In this document: positions 51,937 through 64,000 of the stretch, one piece after another
How the letters are laid out: every line of letters starts with the position of its first letter
How positions within the stretch are numbered: the stretch's first letter is position 1
NCBI GenBank assembly: GCA_009103225.1
Contig: RHPI01002048.1
Span: forward strand, 175,702 to 239,701
Direction of reading: 5' to 3'
DNA: 64,000 nucleotides
Source of the DNA: Chlorokybus atmophyticus
Taxonomy: Eukaryota > Plantae > Mesostigma and Chlorokybus algae
Notes under the pieces: model-generated
Databases searched by the model: none
Seen by the model: only the letters and a program-made list of their open reading frames with translations
Told to the model about the DNA's origin: nothing
Program-made: the position numbers and the translations under genes

Positions 51937-53873
51937 ATGCCGGCGTCCGCGGCGGCGGCGGCAGCGGTGACCGCGAGTGCGCAGAGCTATGTCGCTGAAG
52001 CCGTCCGAACGCTAGAGGCGGGCCTGCCTTCTGCCTCGCCCGCTTCTGCCAACAACCTGCGGGCCATCCTGTTCGCCCTGCAGGCATGCATGCATGCACA
52101 CTGTCTTCGATCGTCCATTGCGTGAAACAACATTGATACTCAGTACCCCAGCTTTGTCTATGGATTGCAAAAACAAGACAAATGCAATGCAATGCATGGC
52201 TGTGTCGGTTGAACCAAGCGTGTGCAACAACACGCTGTGTCAATACGCATCAATGAGAGCATTGTCACTTGCAGGCAGCTGATCCCGCAGCACTTCTGCA
52301 CGATGAGCGCTTGTTTGAGGCAGTCTGCGTGCAGCTGACGTCCAATGAAGCCGGCAAGGTTTGCCAACTCTAATCACTCACTGATTCATCTTTCACACGT
52401 CCTGTTGGTTACACCACATTCACGTGTCGCACATTAGCTCACAATGCGCTCATGCCAAGCTGCATGTGAGCATCAAGTGGTTCTGCATGCAGGCATTGAT
52501 GCTTCGCATTGGTTGTCGCACTCGCAGACCGACTGCGCATTGTGCGCGTGGTTTTTCAACTGGTACCAGAGCCCGATCCCGGAACTGCGGCAGTATGTTC
52601 TGCAGTTTGCTCCTGTCCTGGGCTGTCAATACCTTGAAAGAACCTCCGATCACCCTGCCGACAGCTTCTCAGGTGGATTACAGACCCAAACAGCTTGCCA
52701 CATCAAGCTCTGACTCGAATGACCTGATATGCACACACACGCATGTACACACCCGTACATAGCTTTGTACAAGTGTGTATAGGTATACTCTGGCCTGCAT
52801 GCGATCTCATTGTTGGTGCTTTAGGCTTTGAGGCTCTTCTGCTGGGAGTGTACGCACAGGAGATGCGGTTGAGAGGCGGACATGCGGTGCGGTATACCAT
52901 CCCATCACTGGCGGTGCCATCGGCGTATCACAGACCCACAGCTGCGCAGTTGGCAGATGGCTCCGCTGGCGCTGAAAGCCTGGTCGTGGAACCGCCGCTG
53001 AAGCCGCTGAAAGGCGTCCGCGCCGGCCAGCGTCCTTTGCTTGTCGCCATAGCCGTCGGACAGTTCATCAGGCTGATAGCGATGATGCCAAAGGCTTCCC
53101 TCGTGCGCTTCTGCACCTGCTGCACAAGGTGCGTATTAAACAATGCTGCACACGCCTGAAAACTTGGTCAGGTGCATGGCACTGAGGTACAGTGCATGAC
53201 GGTACAAGCTTGTTGCTGCCAGTAGAGAGGCACCTATACTCAGCTTGTGTCTTTGCATTGCAGCGGTGCAGGTATGGGCCCCTGTTCTTTGCATGCATGC
53301 CTCACTCGCGTTTATACCAGCGGCTATGCACCGTATTGAGTTTCTGTGCTTTGGTTTGCAGGGTGTCGACTCTAGGCTATACCTGGGCATCTTCCGTCAG
53401 CAAGGAAAATGCTTTTGCCGTCAGCGCCAGCGCTGTCACGCTGCAGATGCAAGATGCAGCAGACCACTCGCAGCCCAGCACAAAATCCCCAACATTGATC
53501 AGCAGCGCTTCGCTTTCCGCCCCGCTCACCCCTCTACCAGAAGCTTCTCAGCACAGAGTGCCTTTGCCCCTGAACCTGCTACAACAGTTCATCATTGGAC
53601 TTGGCTACTGCCTTCACCAACAGGCTGCAGCGGGTATGTTGGTTACAAAGTGTGCGCTGTTCTGGCTGCAATGTGCATATGAGTTACAGTCTCCCACAGG
53701 CAAACATCAACAGCAGTGGTTTTATTGCTTTGTCCGCAGATATTGCTGCTCTTGCACTGCGCGCACTGCACCAACGGGTCACATATGACTTGTTTACGGA
53801 AGGCATTCTTCTCACGAGGAGCCTACTCGCTGCACACGAGGACTTTGTGAGCAGGCAAGCAGCAGGTCAATAG
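51937..53873 (+). CDS. Hyccin/FAM126 family protein (PI4-kinase complex subunit), multi-exon
   Basis: LCAWFFNWYQSPIPELRQYVLQFAP, GFEALLLGVYAQE...YTIPSLAVPSAYH, RVPLPLNLLQ...LGYCL and LRALHQRVTYDLFTEGILLTRSL resemble plant Hyccin proteins as I recall them. Confidence 0.82.
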
Positions 53874-54935
53874 TTTTTGTATGGTTCACCCAACAGTGCA
53901 GCACCATGGGTGCCTTTGTTTTGATTGGCATGTGGAAATGACCGCTGCAATGCTACTGCGCGTGCACGCCAACGCACAACCAGTATGCACCTGTAAGCCA
54001 GTACACAACCAGGCAACCACTGCAATGCTTTGTCTTTGGTGTAATATGTTTTCTCAAAGTTGGTCTCAATAGCAAGATGTGTGAATCAGTAAGGATGCAG
54101 ATTGGTTGGGATGCTTGCATCTTACGCGTCAATGTGTAATGCATGCGCCATTGCTGTGACACAACTGTCATCATTTTGTGTTTAGTTTCCTTGCATGTAC
54201 GTTGTGTTTTTGCACATGACTGCATTACAGGCTCAATAGCGTGAGTGGCAGCTTGGGAGGTCGCCCTGTACAACTGGCACGCAACACAATGTTGCTGTTC
54301 GTAAATATAACCAAGCCTTCATGCTTAAGGCACGTTGCTGTTGATGTGTGGTAGCAGTCTTGATGTCACCGTATGACATATTGTGCACGCGCTGCATCTC
54401 ACCATCAAGGCATCAGCGTGGTGTCCCTTCTACGTTGGTGGACTGTCACAATGCGCAAGCATGATAACATCCATCACGCCAAGCTTTACAACCACAATCG
54501 CATTTGCATCTTGTGCAAACCGTGTGTCAGGTAATGTGACCATGCCTGTTGCTTGGGAGCCGTGCATGTTAGCATAAGTGAGATTAGGACCAGACATAGC
54601 CTGCCAGTAACGAAGATAGTGTAGCAGCAAGTGTATGTGCTGATGGCCTGCAAGAGTGCATGCAATTTTTACCATGACGCAACTGAGTGCATATGCAACT
54701 ACCTGTTGACATGTGTAGGTGTGCTACCCAGCACACACCATGGCACTCAGTTATGTTGGCCCTCGCATGCAGCTACAAGTGCTGACCATGACCTCTGCAT
54801 GAACAGTGCCTTGCTGGAACAGAGTGTGCGCGGGGATTTGATGTGTCCATATCTCAACAGCAGCTATGTGATGCGAGTTTTTGCAGGCCGACACTTGCTG
54901 AACACACGTTGGAATACAAGCTAGGTGACGCTTAT

Positions 54936-55888
54936 TTATATGCTATTACACCAAAGGGTTGCATGAGCCTCGCGGCGTGCGCTGCTTACAACACCTCCGC
55001 ACCGCTCGCACACGAAGCTGGTGACATCCGCCGCAGCATCGTGCAATATGTTGGTTCTCCCTGTCTCCGCCAAAATGGACCCGGAAGCGTCTATGTCTGG
55101 GGCACTCATTGATGACGTGGATGGCAATTGCTGGTTTGTAGTAAAGTTTGACATCTGGGACGCGGCCAAGGAAAGAGTCTGCTCAAACGCCCGAGTCAAC
55201 TCGTCCACTTCATCCCCACCAGCCTCAAGCTGGTTGGGCGAGGAAGCATAGGGCTGTTGTTGTTGTTGCTGGCCTGCAAGAAACTGCTCCCGTGCGTGCT
55301 GCAGAGTTCTTGACACCAGAGACTCTCCGCCCAGCAACTGCAGCGCTGTGATAAGCTGCAGCATCGACCAACTTCAATGTCAGTCGCGGCCACTGCAGTC
55401 ACTGTCGAACACACACGCGCGCTGTCGCGCACATGCACACGCAAGCAAGTTCAGACCCAACAATTGCACAAATGCACGAGGGACAAACGGTTGTGGGTAC
55501 TCGTACCCACATGCCAAACTGCGATGTACAAAATAAAGGACATGAGAATGCATCGATGCAACGCCATGGCGGCAAGCATACCGGACACACAGACAGTATG
55601 TTTGACTGTGGGTTGTGTCAACAACATCTACAAGGTATCACTTGCAACATATCCTTGTTTTACGCAAGCAAACATTGTTCAACTAGAGAATTGCAAATTT
55701 CGTGCTAGTTAACATCATCAACTAGCTGTGAACAGAACACACAGTCTCACCAGCTCAAAGGACTCCCTGAGGCGCGCCTGCTCCTGCAGCTGCTTCGCTT
55801 GCTGGAGCAACACGGCCACACTGGGTTGCTGAGCAGGCGACAGCAGCCTGTGGATGTCACTTGGCTGCTGCTGCTGCTGTCTCTGCAT
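54936..55888 (-). CDS. Conserved plant-type protein with a C-terminal C2HC zinc finger; 2 exons (55888-55751, 55355-54936)
   Basis: SILAETGRTNILHDAAADVTSFVCERCGGVVSSARREAHATLWC (CxxC...H...C). The GT-AG junction is in frame. Confidence 0.75.
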
Positions 55889-56333
55889 GCCTAATGTTGA
55901 ACCCCTAACCCAGCACCAGCAGCGCTCAGCTTAGCATGCAGTGCACGAAGCTGCATGAAACACAGTGCCTCAGCTCAGCCTGCAATCGTAAGCTTAAGCT
56001 TAGCGCCGTCGCCGCCTTCTCTCCTTGTAAAGAGCGTCCGTCAGGCCGAGAGAGCTGCAAAGCACCACACGACGGCACGCACACCGTCAATGCCACCGCC
56101 ACCGCCGCCGTCGTCAGCTCAGACGACAGTGCTTCAACGCAGCAGAGGCTGAATCTGGTGCGTCGTTGGCCTGGTTGTCATGTAGGCGGTTGGTGGCGGC
56201 AAGCAGGTGTGGCTGCTTGCTTGCTTGCTTGGTGACTGAGCGCTTTGTGTGGTATGTTGACTGAAGCACGGTGTGTTCGTGCATTTCGCAGCTTCCTGCA
56301 TTGTTATTCCTGCATGCGTTACTTGCCTGTGCA

Positions 56334-58754
56334 ATGGATGTCTCCAAAGCCAGATGGGGCGTGCTGGGAACAGCTGAGATTGCCAAGAAGGTGATTGTGT
56401 TGGTGTGCACCAGCTGTCACCATGCAATGCATGCTGACGATCAATGATTCTCTCTATGCTCAGCTTGTCTTTGATGACCAAATAGGTCATACCTGCCATC
56501 CAGCGGGCTCACAATGCTGCAGTCGTAGCCATTGCAAGCCGAACACTCGCGAAGGTTGGTCTCAATGGTTGATCACTGTGTCCAAACTAACTACTCTATT
56601 CAACCCTGCTCATGCCTACAACTGACAATGCTTTATACATTTTGAAAACGAGGATGCTTATGCGTACGCGTATGTGTATGTGTATGTGATTGCTTGCCCT
56701 TTCACGCTTGGTTGTTGTTGCACACCCAATCAACGAGTGTGTGCAGGCAGAAGCGTGGAGCAAAGAGCATGGCATTGACAAAGCGCACGGCAGCTACGAC
56801 GCGCTGCTTGCGGATCCCAAAGTCGACGCTGTGTACATTCCGCTGCCGAGCGCTCTCAAGTGCGAATGGGCGGTCAAGGTAGTGTTTGTAAGTCGTTGTT
56901 GTTGTTGTTGTGGTGGTGGTGGTGGTAATGTGTTGGTTGTGATCAGGCTGCTCGTGCGGGGAAGCACGTGCTGGTGGAGAAGCCGTACGCTTCGGTCAAT
57001 GATGTGCAGGTGTGAAGAGTGAGCTGTTACATGCATGTGCACACAGCTGAGCCGCATGCATGCACTGTGCAGTCCTGCCTGCTTGTGTTTGCGTTGAAGC
57101 CAAATCTGGGTAGTTGTTGATCATGTGTATTGGTTCCCGAGGGCTGGTAGCACGCAACTTGTGCAGACCGCAACATGTGCATTTTGTCATTACCAGGATG
57201 TAGACTGCGCACATTTCCACATCTGGTATAGAAGTGCGCGTATATACTTTACCTACAAAACATCGGCGATTGCATAGTCCTGTACACGTGTGGTGGTGAC
57301 TACGTTTCTGTGGGTCCATGCATGCATGTGTGTGCGTGCACTCTCAGGCTATTGTCACCGCTTGCGAGCAAAGCCAAGTGCAGTTCATGGATGGCACCAT
57401 GTTTGTTCACCATGTCCGCACCCGCACCATCCTCCAGGTAAGGTAGCTGCTACGTCAAGACACAGGCAACTCCTTGTCACACCATTACATATACTTTCTT
57501 CCCTTTGCAGTCAGTGAATGAGATTGGTGGCGCCAGACGCGTGATCTCTTCATTCACCTTCCCCCTTTCCGCTTACGAGGGCTACGAAGGAAACGTGCGC
57601 TTGAACGCGCAGCTCGAACCCCTCGGTTGCTTGGGTGGGTGAGACATCATGCTACCCATACAGCTCCGGCATGCACACTCATGCCACACCCCTCATGTAT
57701 ACGCATCTGCACGTGTGCATGCGATGTGGTGTTCGCGCATGCACACACATATACTCACTTGCAGGTGATGTGGGTTGGTATTGCGTCAAGCTTGCGCTGC
57801 TGGCGTTCAGTTGGGAACTGCCGACGACCGTATATGCAACAGGCCTGTGGTCGGATGGAAGCGCATCATTCAACGGCTCTAATGTGCCGTTCTCGGCCTC
57901 CGTAGTCCTTCGCTGGGCCGACGGACGCACGTCAATCTTTGACTGCGGGTTCGACAGCTGTTGGCGAGGCTCAGCTGAGGTATGTGTACTTGTCACAATT
58001 CAGCATCATTACAGGTTTGAAGCAAGCGATTGTTGTTGATGGTACCCCTGTCTTCGCCTCCATCCGTGTGCGACTGCGTGTGCGCATGTGTGCGTGTGAA
58101 CATAGGTATGTGTGAGCATTACATACAACGGATGCCCTATGCATGTCTCTCTCAACCCTTGTTCTGCAACAGATTGTGGGTCCAAAAGGCTCTCTGAGTG
58201 CACACGACATGTTTCTCCCATTCGAGGGCAGCCCTGCCAACTTCCCTAACAACCCCGTAAACTACAAAGCCAAGCATCGACTCCAGACCGGTGATGGCGT
58301 AACCTTGGAGTACACGTCACCCGAGTGCATACAAGAGGTAGGTCATGGTCTTGTTGCATGAGCAACTACAGTGGCATCAATCAGACACACAACAACATGC
58401 CCACGCAAGCAACGTAGTAACACATCTCAGAATCACAAGCGTACTCAGCAGTTGTGTAAGGTAGAGCAAGGGTTGATTGGTGCGTATATTTAAAACACTG
58501 TAACCCCCTGTTGCACAGGTTGCAATGATCGAGCGATTGTCGGCGATTGCTGCGAGCAAACAGTTGGAACCTGAGTGGCCACGTCAAGCGCTTCTCACAC
58601 AGGTTGGATGTGTGTGGCCCTATGTTGCATGTGTATTGCATATGGTTGTGTGCTTGCAAAAACAGGTGTTTCTGCTTTGCAGATTGCACTGGCTGCTGTG
58701 GCGGACGCCTTGAAGCAAGGGCACATCATTGATGTCCCGCAGTTGTCAGCGTAG
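56334..58754 (+). CDS. Gfo/Idh/MocA family NAD(P)-dependent oxidoreductase, ~10 exons
   Basis: RWGVLGTAEIAKK, VVAIASR, GSYDALLADPKVDAVYIPLP, GKHVLVEKP, VQFMDGTMFVH, GCL|GDVGWYC. Confidence 0.92.
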
Positions 58755-59608
58755 ATATAATTCTACATTATGTTAGTAATGTCTTTGTTTGCTCGCTTGT
58801 GCAGTGCTGTCAACTCTCAGGGCCCAACCGATGATTGGCAACAAACATTCGCGCAAAACTTTGTCCTATGCATCGCAAATTGTGTGCATGAGACGCACAC
58901 CCTCGCATGCGGCGTACAGTGCACAACCAATGGACTACAGAGTGCTGTCATTTATTCATATACATGTGTGATAACGGAGCAGTACACATGCCATCGCGCC
59001 GGTGCACACAGCGCATATTACCAGATACCGCTTGCTTTACACTGCTGCGCACGAGACATGGACCATTGCACCGCAACATATCACACAGGATATGTTGAAC
59101 ATAGGGGTAGAACATAGGGGCCAATAGAGCAACTAGGCAAGGCACAGCACAGAACACAGACCAGCAGCCAACATGTGACCTAAACTCGCATCCTGTACTA
59201 AGCGACAATAGCGATGACTTATTAGCCACAACTGCCATGCTCTATGACTCGCCGCGATTGCGTGGAGTTAACCCTGCATCCTGCCTATCAGTTCACTGTC
59301 TAATAACGGCACTTTCAAGAATACAGTGTATTGACAAGTGGACGCAAAACATGCATAAGTCATGCGGCAGGCCATCACATTTATGGTAGTCCGTTTTGGA
59401 CAAGAGTCCCCGAACCAGGGACAGACTCCAATCGCGTGCTTCCTTCCACACCAACTTGCAAATTCGTGTTTGTTGTCAGCGCAAGTTGAAATGCCAAAAG
59501 AAACGGGTGTCAACAACCGAAGTATGGTTCACAACGTTGTGCGCATAGCAGTGGGCGGACATGACAGTCGCATGGACAGCCTCAGTGCATGTCCAACAAC
59601 CGTGCGCG

Positions 59609-60530
59609 CTATGTTGAGTGAGCATGAGCAACATGATTAGTGCACACCTTGCCATGGCACCTAAGGCAAGAGCAAATTCTTTGGGAGACTTCTTGCTGCT
59701 CGGGTTCTTCAACAGCCTCTTCGTCACTTGTCAGCGCATGCAAGTCATTAGTTGGCATGTCAATAGTCTCTCGCAAGTCTGATTGTTGCCATGGTTGCTG
59801 AGAGGGGGCAGCACTGCCGGTGCCAGCCATGTTGACAGTCAGCTGTAGATCATACTGAAGTTGAAGTGGAGTTGTCGCTGCACTGCCGGTGCCAGCCATG
59901 TTGACAGTCGGCTGTCCATGGAATTGCAGTGGAGCTGCTGCGGCACTGCTGGTGCTGGCAACATCGACAGTTGGCTGTTCACCTGACTGTTGCTTTGGGC
60001 GAAGTGTGGCTGCCACTCCACTGGTAGTGATGCCGGCCACATGGACAGTCGGCTGTTGATTTGCGGGAGGCCTACAAAAATCCTGCAGTTATACCATATG
60101 CACTGGCACCATCAACTGACAGCAATACACAGCAAGGCAGCTAGTGCACGTGCAGTTTGTTGACAGTCTCCTAGCATGTGAAGGACATATTACTGGTGAA
60201 GGCTGTCACAGCAACGATAGCAGCTGGCATGCACAGAAGACCGCGTGACCATTGCAGAGAAGCAAGTAAGGTCAGCAAGTTAACTTACTGCTCATGCTGC
60301 TGGCTAATCTCGCCTTCCAGCTGGTCGTGCGTGGCCTCAACTTCATGGGCAGGCTGTGGGTTGTCAACATCGTGCTGCACATCAGCCGCCTGCTCCGGCA
60401 AGGGTAGGGAACTCTGTTGGCTGCGACGGCGGTGGCTACGACTGATGTTCCTCTTATCGGCTGGTGGCAAGTTGATTTCTAGCTTGGTAGTAATGTCCCT
60501 GACAAACTGGACAGCTTTTTTGCTTGCCAT
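59609..60530 (-). CDS. Hypothetical protein with ~21-24-aa tandem repeats and a terminal Cys/His cluster (tentative 2-exon model: 60530-60289, 60071-59609)
   Basis: A GT-AG junction joins MASKKAVQF...HEQ in frame to repeats QPTV(H/D/N)(V/M)A. The ORF ends in ICSCLRCHGKVCTNHVAHAH. I recognise no family. Confidence 0.35.
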
Positions 60531-60850
60531 TGATATTGCGCCAGCATTCCGCCACAAAGTACACCGCCAAGAGGCCGCCGCCGCCGCCACCAGCAACAAG
60601 AGCGCCGCCTGCTCCCTCCTCCGGCGCCACCTCACTGAGCGGTAAAACCCTACTGCACATACCACAGTACTCTGAACCCATGCACGTGAGATGACAGTCG
60701 CACCATGCAAGGTGCTTGACTCTATGGAGTAACTGCACACCGTTTGATATGTCTGGATCGACGGTTACATGAGGCTGCCATGAAGACTTACCCTTGACAG
60801 TTGCATCATGCATGGTGCGACTATCAAAAAGCTAAGCGTGCATCAGCGAT

Positions 60851-61595
60851 GGTCCCAATCACTATTCTGCGGACCAACCTAGAACCGTACATGGTCCGTA
60901 TTCTCCCAGACCTTCGGACCAGAAAGAGCTTGGTTAAGTCAAGGACCATGTAGGGTCCGCAATCATATGATACAATGTGGACCAATAGCTACTTGCTTAG
61001 ATTAAGGACCATGAATCGTCCGTACACTCCCAGACCTTCGGACTAAAAAGAGCTTGGTTAAGTCAACGACTATATAGGGTCCGCAATTATACGACAATGT
61101 GGACCAATAGCTGCTTGGTTGGATTAAGGACCATGAATGGTCCGCAATTTGTTAGCATTTGGACCAGTAAGAGCTTGTTAAGGCGGCAAACCATATATGG
61201 TGCGTGCTGCTCGTCAAAAATGACCGATAAGCTGAGCGTGCACCAGCAACCGTCCGCCCAATTAGTGTGGTTCGGATCAGTCCCATCGATTGCATTCACC
61301 GCAACACATATGGTCCGGCATTGTTGTGGTCCAGAACACGCATGGTCCATATACATATTGACAGTTGGACCGGTAATATGCCTGGTCCGGCTGCAGACCG
61401 TATATGGTCCAGTCTTTCGCGGCCAGTAGCACCGGTAATATGTCTGGTCCAGCCACGCACCACATCTGGTGCGTGACTGCGCACCAGGATTTGAGACCCC
61501 GAACAGACCATGCACGGTCCGTCCCCTGCGGACCAGGCAGTCCTGGCCCACGGGATACGGACCATGCATGCTCCTCGGGGTCCGTGAAGGGACCA
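60851..61595. repeat. Array of imperfect palindromes built on GGACC/GGTCC, including two ~124-bp tandem copies
   Basis: About 25 GGWCC words counted by eye in ~750 bp. CTCCCAGACCTTCGGAC occurs at 60903 and 61027. Confidence 0.85.
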
Positions 61596-63786
61596 TACCT
61601 AGTCCTTGAACGTCAATCGGTGTGAACAAGCTCGGCTTGTTGGCAAACATGGTCATCTGCAGGTGCTCCACGTACACATCTTTTCTCCGCACGATCTGTC
61701 GCACCTTGGCCATGGCTATGTCAATGTTGCAATTGACATCAGCCAATATGGTCGTAGGCAGTTTGTCGTAATACTGCGCCATCTCTCGCGCGGCACCAGT
61801 GGCTCTGCAGAAGTCTAGGTTTTTGCTCGCCACGCCTGCATCGATAACCTGGGCGGTGATGCTGCGGAGAGTGTCCCCCCTGCCGTCGTCGTCCATGGTG
61901 TCCAGCATGGCCCAAAACCTGCTCGAGCTGGGGCGCTTGTGATCATCCAGCACACTTTGCGCTATGGATGGCCTGACGCGAAACACACAATGGTAGAAGC
62001 AATTACCATCCGTAAACGAAGTGAAGTGGTCTCATGAGGCGAGCTGACCACCTAGTACAACCGATGGTTGTACGCGAGTTGCGACTAGCTCCTCTAATGT
62101 TTCGCTGGCAGGTGGTGACCCCTGCTGCATGCGCATACAGCACTCAAATAATGTGTCCAATTGTCGATGGCAAGAGCCACAGTGATTGATAAAGTACCTA
62201 AGCTTGGGCAGACTGCCGGCTTCAACTCGTAGCGGGTGGGTGCAGAAGCCACATCGGATGTTGCATTGTGCTGTGGTCTCCGGTTGTGGCAAGAAGGATT
62301 GTTGCACCGCAATCACCGGTGCTGCTCGTGGACGAGACGGCAGTACATGAAGGACTGGTGCCGCAGAAGGTGGATGCGCTCTGGCTGCGAGGGGAGCAGG
62401 TGCGGAAGGTGAGACCCATGATAAGATGGCTCACAATGTTGCAAAGGACGACCATAAGCTTATGCATGTGCCTGACGCATTGTTACTAAGGCACAATCAT
62501 AAAAGACAGCGTCTTACCTCAATGGCCCGTGGGCTGCATAGAGCAGGGGAAGCCATGGGGGCTGACAAGATGGTATTGGGTGCACTCCCCGCCACCCTCA
62601 ATTGCAGACTCGTCACGGAGCTCGAGCCATGGGCACAGGATGCGCCACTGCCCCAATGGACATGTCGGGATTCAACAGGCCAACATGCATGTCAAACTAA
62701 TGCCGCATTCCGCCGCGCCCATCAGCAAGTTGGATTGAAGGACTAGGTGATGGGATTGAATCCAGGCTTGCATAGGAGCTCCAACAAGACCTGGTGCATT
62801 GTGGTGCTGTCAACCAATCACATATGGGTTAGCTGCATACTTGCGACAATGCAAATGCAATAGTTAACTGCGTCACACCGTCATCAGTTCGTTGCTTCGA
62901 ACAGTCACCTGCGGCATTGCTGGTTGATGCACGAATGATTGCATGAACTGCGTTATTGCTGGTTGTTGTTCTACTGATTAACATGCCAGATGAATGGCCA
63001 CGCGCCCCTGTGCTCAAACCCAGCCTACTTCGTTCGGCACGCGCGCGCGACTTCGCACGCTCACGCACATTTTTGCATGCAAAGATAGGCATGCATTGGT
63101 GGTGCATGCAGTCGACATGCACAGCGAGGTTCGCAATAACATACCACCGCCCAGCTCTGTCTATCTGCTCTGGCTTCCGCAATATCGGCTTGACTGTGGC
63201 GTAGGTATGGGTGAATAGTGGCGGCCTGCAGCCACGCTACATGTATCGCATGGACTGCGTCAAAACCCAAATTGCTCTTGCAAGGAAATGCATGTGACTG
63301 TTGAGCGTATTTTTGCATTCCTTTGAGCCTGTTCCCACAGCCGCAATTGGTCCCGCATGGTTCTGACAAGGGGCTCCAAGGACTGCAGCTCCTGATCCAC
63401 TCTTTGTTGTAGAACGCGAGCCACAAAGCAGCTTCTTATGTGAAGATCGTCCTTGATGGCTTGCCTGCTGGTTTGTCCAATGTTGGTGACGCATGTTAGA
63501 CAGCCCCATTGCTGACGCCTACCATGATCCATGACGTGGCGCCCGTTATTTGCTGGCTTCGCTGCTTGAACTTTTACGACGACAACTTCTCGCAAGATGA
63601 GCCACGCCGCCGCTGCCGCCGCCGCCGCCTCCCACTCCTCTTGGTCCTCCGCCTTCTAGTTGAACCCAGGTCCACTATGCCCAACATTCGACCCGTCATT
63701 GACCCGATGCCTCTGCTTGCCATCATCCGGCCATCAATGAAGCTGTTAGGGTGAGTGCACGCTAACTCCAATTAAAGCTGGTCGAG

Positions 63787-63950
63787 CAATGGCTCTGTCG
63801 TACCATTGATGGTACGACAGAGCCATTGTACGCCAATGGCTGGGGTTGGACGACATGCCTCTGTCGTACCATAAATGTTATGCCAAGCCATTGTTACCCT
63901 TGGTTGTACGAAGCATTGATGGTACGAATACATAAGTCGTACCATCAACC
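63787..63950. repeat. 42-bp near-perfect palindrome plus further GTCGTACCAT copies in both orientations
   Basis: CAATGGCTCTGTCGTACCAT-TG-ATGGTACGACAGAGCCATTG at 63787-63828. The core motif recurs at ~63860-63950. Confidence 0.9.
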
Positions 63951-64000
63951 ATAGGAGAGAAGGACGCACTACAAGTGCGACTCTAACGCGGGACACTAGA

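Noticed and set aside
34805-61595. CRISPR-like repeat-spacer arrays (34805-34900 and 60851-61595)
   Set aside because: The first has only two repeats, the second has no unique spacers, the context is eukaryotic, and there are no cas genes.
60860-63220. CACTA element bounded by CACTATTC (60860) and GAATAGTG (63213-63220)
   Set aside because: The inverted match is only 8 bp and the 3-bp flanks differ (AAT versus GCG), so no TSD supports it.
63967-63975. CACTACAAG resembling an En/Spm terminus
   Set aside because: It is a 9-bp match at the window edge and points away from the adjacent array. It cannot be evaluated here.

Overview
This is intron-rich eukaryotic DNA. Plant-type orthologues plus a plastid-targeted MurA suggest a streptophyte green alga (inference). 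The left end (1-~7.5 kb, minus strand) is a Ty3/gypsy-type retrotransposon. Its pol frame is uninterrupted from 3647 to the window edge, so it is missing from the ORF track, and it reads protease - complete C5 DNA cytosine methyltransferase - reverse transcriptase - RNase H. This is the main finding. Downstream are spliced housekeeping genes, mostly in head-to-head pairs: murA, delta-COP, MED28/MAN1, a SUMO-like gene without diglycine, TFIIIC subunit 1/TBC Rab-GAP, ELMO-domain/ABCB half-transporter, glycerol-3-phosphate permease/Hyccin, and plant C2HC protein/Gfo-Idh-MocA oxidoreductase. The right end (59-64 kb) has no recognisable host gene and contains palindromic repeat arrays. There is one assembly gap and two microsatellites. 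I built the gene models by hand from splice signals and recalled family motifs; no database search was run.
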